Shown: one piece after another, positions 3,405 through 6,074 of the stretch
Layout: each line of letters begins with the position of its first letter
Numbering within the stretch: the stretch's first letter is position 1
Source: a virus
Length of the DNA stretch: 6,074 bases
IMG/VR virus record: IMGVR_UViG_3300020019_000003
Span: 1 to 6,074 of that record
Direction: 5' to 3' (one strand)
Notes under the pieces: generated by a model
Databases searched by the model: none
What the model was told of the DNA's origin: nothing
Seen by the model: the letters and a program-made list of their open reading frames with translations, nothing else
Program-made: the position numbers and the translations under genes

Positions 3405-5396
3405 TTACAGATTAGGGATTTGCTTTGCTGACATTTTCCGTCGTACGATACAATCGATTGCGCACTGTACCCAGATGTTTTTTGCCGACAGTTTTGCATC
3501 CGCGAATGCTACGTTGTACTTCGTCGGGTCAATGTATGTTGTTAAATCGCTGATTGCCCCTGTGCTGTCGTGTTCGTAACTTCGATTCATCGCCATGTGT
3601 GCCAGTTCCCTGTATGCCGAGAACGACCCGAACGACTGGTCTATATTCGTCATATACTCTTGCCATGCCACTTGTTTTCCGGCTGATTTCCATGCTATCG
3701 TTCCGTCGGCGTTCACCTCTGTGTCGAATGCAGCCATTTCGTCTGTGATTAGTTCTTGAAAGGCAATTCCGTCGAGGTTAGGCTTATGGAAGTCGTTCAT
3801 CGTCTGCAACCTTGTCCACCATTTGTTGCCCTGTGAATAGTCTACCCGAGGCGTAAAGCTGCCGATGATCATGATCATCGACGGTTCTCGAATTTTGATC
3901 TTGATGCTGTTGCCTCCTCTCGCTTTGCGTTCTGCTCCTCGGCCGGCCAGTGTTCCCAGCGGCTGATCTTCTGTTGCGCTGTTGCTTACTACTTCGTCGA
4001 ATACTACTTCTGATGACATTCCGCCGACATACATGGGCGATTCTGCGATTCGCAGCGCTTTCTCGTCGTACACTACTTCCTGCCATGACTGATAACTTCC
4101 ATCGCTTACGGCGATTCTGTTCATCATGTCGTAGATTTTTTTTGCGAGTATCAGTGCGTCCATCTTCAGCATGCCATCGCTGACATCTACGCTTGTGATA
4201 TCTGCGATTCCGCCCTCGCCGTCTATCCATTCAGTAGATAACCAGTTGTTGAATCGGTCGGAGAGATATGTTTTGATACCCAGTCCTGCCTGGTTGAACC
4301 ATGACGCGTTGCCGTTTCCGTTCGTTTCGTTTACTGTTGCGTTTGCAAGACTTGCCGTGTATGGCATGCTGTTGAGGCTTTCGATGTTGAACGGCGCTGT
4401 TTTCGGTGCGGCGAGAATTGCTTCTCGCATTTCGTCGATGTTTGACAACTCGAATTCCGACAAGCCGATAGTTTGGTTATCTACTTCGTACGCGCTATCT
4501 CCCGGTTGAAAGTCTGTTGGGTTTGAGCTCGATTTTGATGTAAATATCCAGCTGGTCGATTTTTTCCCTACCCAGCCTGTCGGTCGTGCATCCCACAGTG
4601 CTTTGTTTTCCAAGTCGAACGTTGTACCGCTTTCTGGCGTTATTTTTACGCTTCGCGCTGTGCTTTCGTTTACTTCGCCGTTGAATATCACGTTGATTCT
4701 CCATTCGCCAGTTAATGTCGTTGAACCTATCTCTTGCCACTTCTTTTCGCTGTTTGTTTGATACTCAGTCGCTCCGTTTGCATTATATACGGTTATTGTT
4801 TTGATTAATCCCTGTCCTTGGGTAATTACGTACCCTACTTCCTCCTGCTTGTTTGCGTAGTAGTTCTTGTACGTGTCCCAGTACATGAGTATGAACATTG
4901 CCGGAAACGTTCTTGTAAACGTCGTTTCCCCTGTTTTGCTTCGGCCAAGACCTCGAATTCCCGTGTATGCTATTAGGCTGTCTTGACTGATTTGCTGACT
5001 GTTTAGGTCGTCTTTCGTCATGTCCGGCTGATTTGCGCGTAGTTTCATTACCGGCAGTTTGACGTTCTGCATTTTCATACCGATTCCCAGTGCGTTGTTG
5101 TGCAACACCCTGATGTATAGCCGTATAGGCGCGTGGAAAACGTCGATTTGATGTTTCAGACGTCCGAATATTGGTCCGTTCGTCGGAAGCGTCCGAATTT
5201 TTGTTGTCAGGTCGATGTTATACGTCGTGCCGTTTAGTCCGATGTCGCAGAAGTACGGCACGAGAGTTCCTATTGCTTGGTCAGTTTTGAATAACTGTCC
5301 GATGTTGTGACTACTTCTGTTGAATCCGTGCAGAGTCACGTTCATTTTGTTGCCGGAGCCGAGTCTCTCGCCTCCGAGTGCTTTTGTGATTGCCAT
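3405..5396 (-). CDS. VP1: Major capsid protein (Microviridae VP1 / phiX174 F-like jelly-roll), 663 aa
   Basis: The N-terminus is typical of microvirus MCPs (HGFNRSSHNIGQLFKTDQAIGTLVPYFCDIGLNG). Other family-like blocks are FPAMFILMYWDTYKNYYAN, YLSDRFNNWL and LAGRG...REPSMIMIIGSFTPRVDY. It is the longest ORF and has an A-rich leader (aaaaaaaagtagaaaaacATG). The length above 600 aa is characteristic of Alpavirinae-type capsids. Confidence 0.95.
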   Translation of the reverse strand: MAITKALGGERLGSGNKMNVTLHGFNRSSHNIGQLFKTDQAIGTLVPYFCDIGLNGTTYNIDLTTKIRTLPTNGPIFGRLKHQIDVFHAPIRLYIRVLHNNALGIGMKMQNVKLPVMKLRANQPDMTKDDLNSQQISQDSLIAYTGIRGLGRSKTGETTFTRTFPAMFILMYWDTYKNYYANKQEEVGYVITQGQGLIKTITVYNANGATEYQTNSEKKWQEIGSTTLTGEWRINVIFNGEVNESTARSVKITPESGTTFDLENKALWDARPTGWVGKKSTSWIFTSKSSSNPTDFQPGDSAYEVDNQTIGLSEFELSNIDEMREAILAAPKTAPFNIESLNSMPYTASLANATVNETNGNGNASWFNQAGLGIKTYLSDRFNNWLSTEWIDGEGGIADITSVDVSDGMLKMDALILAKKIYDMMNRIAVSDGSYQSWQEVVYDEKALRIAESPMYVGGMSSEVVFDEVVSNSATEDQPLGTLAGRGAERKARGGNSIKIKIREPSMIMIIGSFTPRVDYSQGNKWWTRLQTMNDFHKPNLDGIAFQELITDEMAAFDTEVNADGTIAWKSAGKQVAWQEYMTNIDQSFGSFSAYRELAHMAMNRSYEHDSTGAISDLTTYIDPTKYNVAFADAKLSAKNIWVQCAIDCIVRRKMSAKQIPNL

Positions 5397-5402
5397 GTTT
5401 TT

Positions 5403-5762
5403 CTACTTTTTTTTCGTTCGATTTTGTGCCTCCCATGCGTCGCGATACACTGCCGTGGCGATGAAAATCAAGTCCCACCCTTTTTCATCCACTGCTTTCT
5501 GTGCCGCTTCGATGGTTTTGTATTTTTCCGGGCTTACTGCTTGTCCGGCCAGTACCAGCGTGTACCCTCCTTTTCGTTTTCCAACGGCGTAGAACGGTCC
5601 GCGTTTGAGCGGCACCCAATCGAAATTCTCGACTTTTTCCGTTGTTTCTTTCACTTCAGAAGAGGTTGAGCTGTTGAGGAGTTTCCTGTATTTTCCCGAT
5701 TCTTCTGATTGTGTGCACGTAGGTGCCGTAGGGTTCTTTTTGCTCGATGATTTCTGTGCCAT
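5403..5762 (-). CDS. Hypothetical protein, 119 aa from the ATG at 5760-5762; an alternative 83-aa product could start at the GTG at 5652-5654
   Basis: Ends 6 nt upstream of the VP1 ATG. The N-terminal 36 aa are low-complexity Ser/Thr/Lys and overlap the preceding ORF. The C-terminal part (FDWVPLKRGPFYAVGKRKGGYTLVLAGQAVSPEKYKTIEAAQKAVDEKGWDLIFIATAVY) looks like a folded domain. A GTG lies 1 nt after the upstream ORF's TGA (TGAaGTG). Confidence 0.55.
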   Translation of the reverse strand: MAQKSSSKKNPTAPTCTQSEESGKYRKLLNSSTSSEVKETTEKVENFDWVPLKRGPFYAVGKRKGGYTLVLAGQAVSPEKYKTIEAAQKAVDEKGWDLIFIATAVYRDAWEAQNRTKKK

Positions 5763-5856
5763 AGCTTTTGTAAATTTTGTTAGTTAGTTGTTGTTTTGTC
5801 CATATCACCCCGTCTTCGTCTACGTAAGTAACCGGGAGATATTTTTTTGTTTTCAC
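5656..5856 (-). CDS. Hypothetical protein, 66 aa, GTG start
   Basis: The GTG at 5854-5856 lies 1 nt after the TAA (5858-5860) of the upstream ORF (TAAcGTG). There is no internal Met. The 3' 107 nt overlap the 119-aa ORF in another frame. The sequence (YLPVTYVDEDGVIWTKQQL...YGTYVHTIRRIG) is protein-like, but I do not recognise it. Confidence 0.45.
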   Translation of the reverse strand: MKTKKYLPVTYVDEDGVIWTKQQLTNKIYKSYGTEIIEQKEPYGTYVHTIRRIGKIQETPQQLNLF

Positions 5857-5857
5857 G

Positions 5858-6061
5858 TTAATACACTGCGTTGTTTGTTTTTGTTTTTATCCACACTTCT
5901 ACTGAATCTGTGTGTACGCCTTTTTTGTGCAACATGTAACTTGCACTACAGCTCGTGAATATCGATATTATTGCTGTAAGCAAAACAATTATCGAGATCA
6001 TCACTTTCGCCCATGTCGGTTTCCCCGCCGCCCATTCCTTGATATTTTTGATGTACTCCAT
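5858..6061 (-). CDS. Small membrane protein with one TM helix / lipobox-like signal, 67 aa (alternative 47-aa form from the ATG at 5999-6001). Candidate lysis or superinfection-exclusion factor.
   Basis: Residues 20-37 (VMISIIVLLTAIISIFTS) form a hydrophobic helix. They are followed by Cys38 (5948-5950) in an IFTS-C context that fits a relaxed lipobox. The tail is basic (HKKGVHTDSVEVWIKTKTNN). The ORF spans the circular junction. Its internal ATG overlaps the stop of the basic ORF (TGATG). Confidence 0.6.
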   Translation of the reverse strand: MEYIKNIKEWAAGKPTWAKVMISIIVLLTAIISIFTSCSASYMLHKKGVHTDSVEVWIKTKTNNAVY

Positions 6062-6074
6062 AACGTAATAGTTC
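5954..6074. repeat. Terminal direct repeat, right copy; an exact duplicate of 1-121
   Basis: Same comparison as the left copy. The offset is 5953 nt, so the genome unit length is 5,953 nt. Confidence 0.97.

Noticed and set aside
3401-3499. The upstream 33 codons of the 97-aa ORF (3206-3499), which overlap the 3' end of VP1
   Set aside because: The overlapping segment (MQNCRQKTSGYSAQSIVSYDGKCQQSKSLICKT) looks non-protein-like. An ATG at 3398-3400, 4 nt after the VP1 stop, gives a compact non-overlapping gene, so I prefer the shorter model.
141-5787. All plus-strand ORFs in the track (for example 882-1244, 1638-1913, 2059-2343, 4171-4509, 5307-5669)
   Set aside because: Each lies antisense to a well-supported minus-strand gene. 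Their translations are low-complexity and rich in Phe, Cys, Ser, Leu and Arg, typical of shadow ORFs on a T-rich strand. Microviridae encode all genes on one strand.
1-6074. Search for tRNA/rRNA genes, CRISPR repeats, integrase/transposase genes, or hammerhead/twister-like ribozyme cores (especially in 1223-1491)
   Set aside because: I found no T-loop/acceptor pattern, no spaced direct-repeat array and no recombinase-sized ORF. There is no CUGANGA...GAAA hammerhead core on either strand of the GC island. Other small ribozyme classes, such as a twister core, I cannot verify or exclude by eye. A covariance-model scan is still advisable.

Overview
The window holds one complete, circularly permuted ssDNA microvirus genome (family Microviridae). 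Bases 1-121 are repeated exactly at 5954-6074, so the unit length is 5,953 nt. The repeat cuts through an ORF, as an assembly overlap of a circle would. All credible genes lie on the minus strand, so the window shows the complement of the coding (and presumably packaged) strand. In coding order, by decreasing coordinate, the genes are as follows. A small membrane/lipobox-like protein (6061->5858, spanning the circular junction). A 66-aa ORF (5856->5656, GTG start). A 119-aa ORF (5762->5403). The major capsid protein VP1/F-like, 663 aa (5396->3405). A 64-aa helical ORF (3400->3206), followed by a 10-bp GNRA-capped hairpin. A VP3-like putative scaffolding protein (3150->2812), followed by an intrinsic terminator. 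The pilot/DNA-injection protein VP2/H-like, 384 aa (2646->1492). A 269-nt GC-rich, hairpin-dense noncoding island (1491->1223). The HUH rolling-circle replication initiator VP4/A-like, 312 aa (1222->284). A 76-aa very basic ORF (278->48). The long capsid protein with a large internal insertion, the genome size, and the absence of Shine-Dalgarno motifs (A-rich leaders instead) suggest an Alpavirinae-like phage of a Bacteroidota host. That placement is inference, not a database result. I see no tRNA, rRNA, CRISPR array, integrase or transposase. The parts most worth following up are four. First, the GC/CpG-rich structured island with an AT-rich core flanked by hairpins (candidate origin or recombination site). 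Second, the unannotated small-ORF module between Rep and the capsid gene, whose junctions are stop-N-GTG and TGATG. Third, the small TM/lipobox-like protein, as a candidate lysis or exclusion factor. Fourth, the candidate J/VP8-like basic protein.
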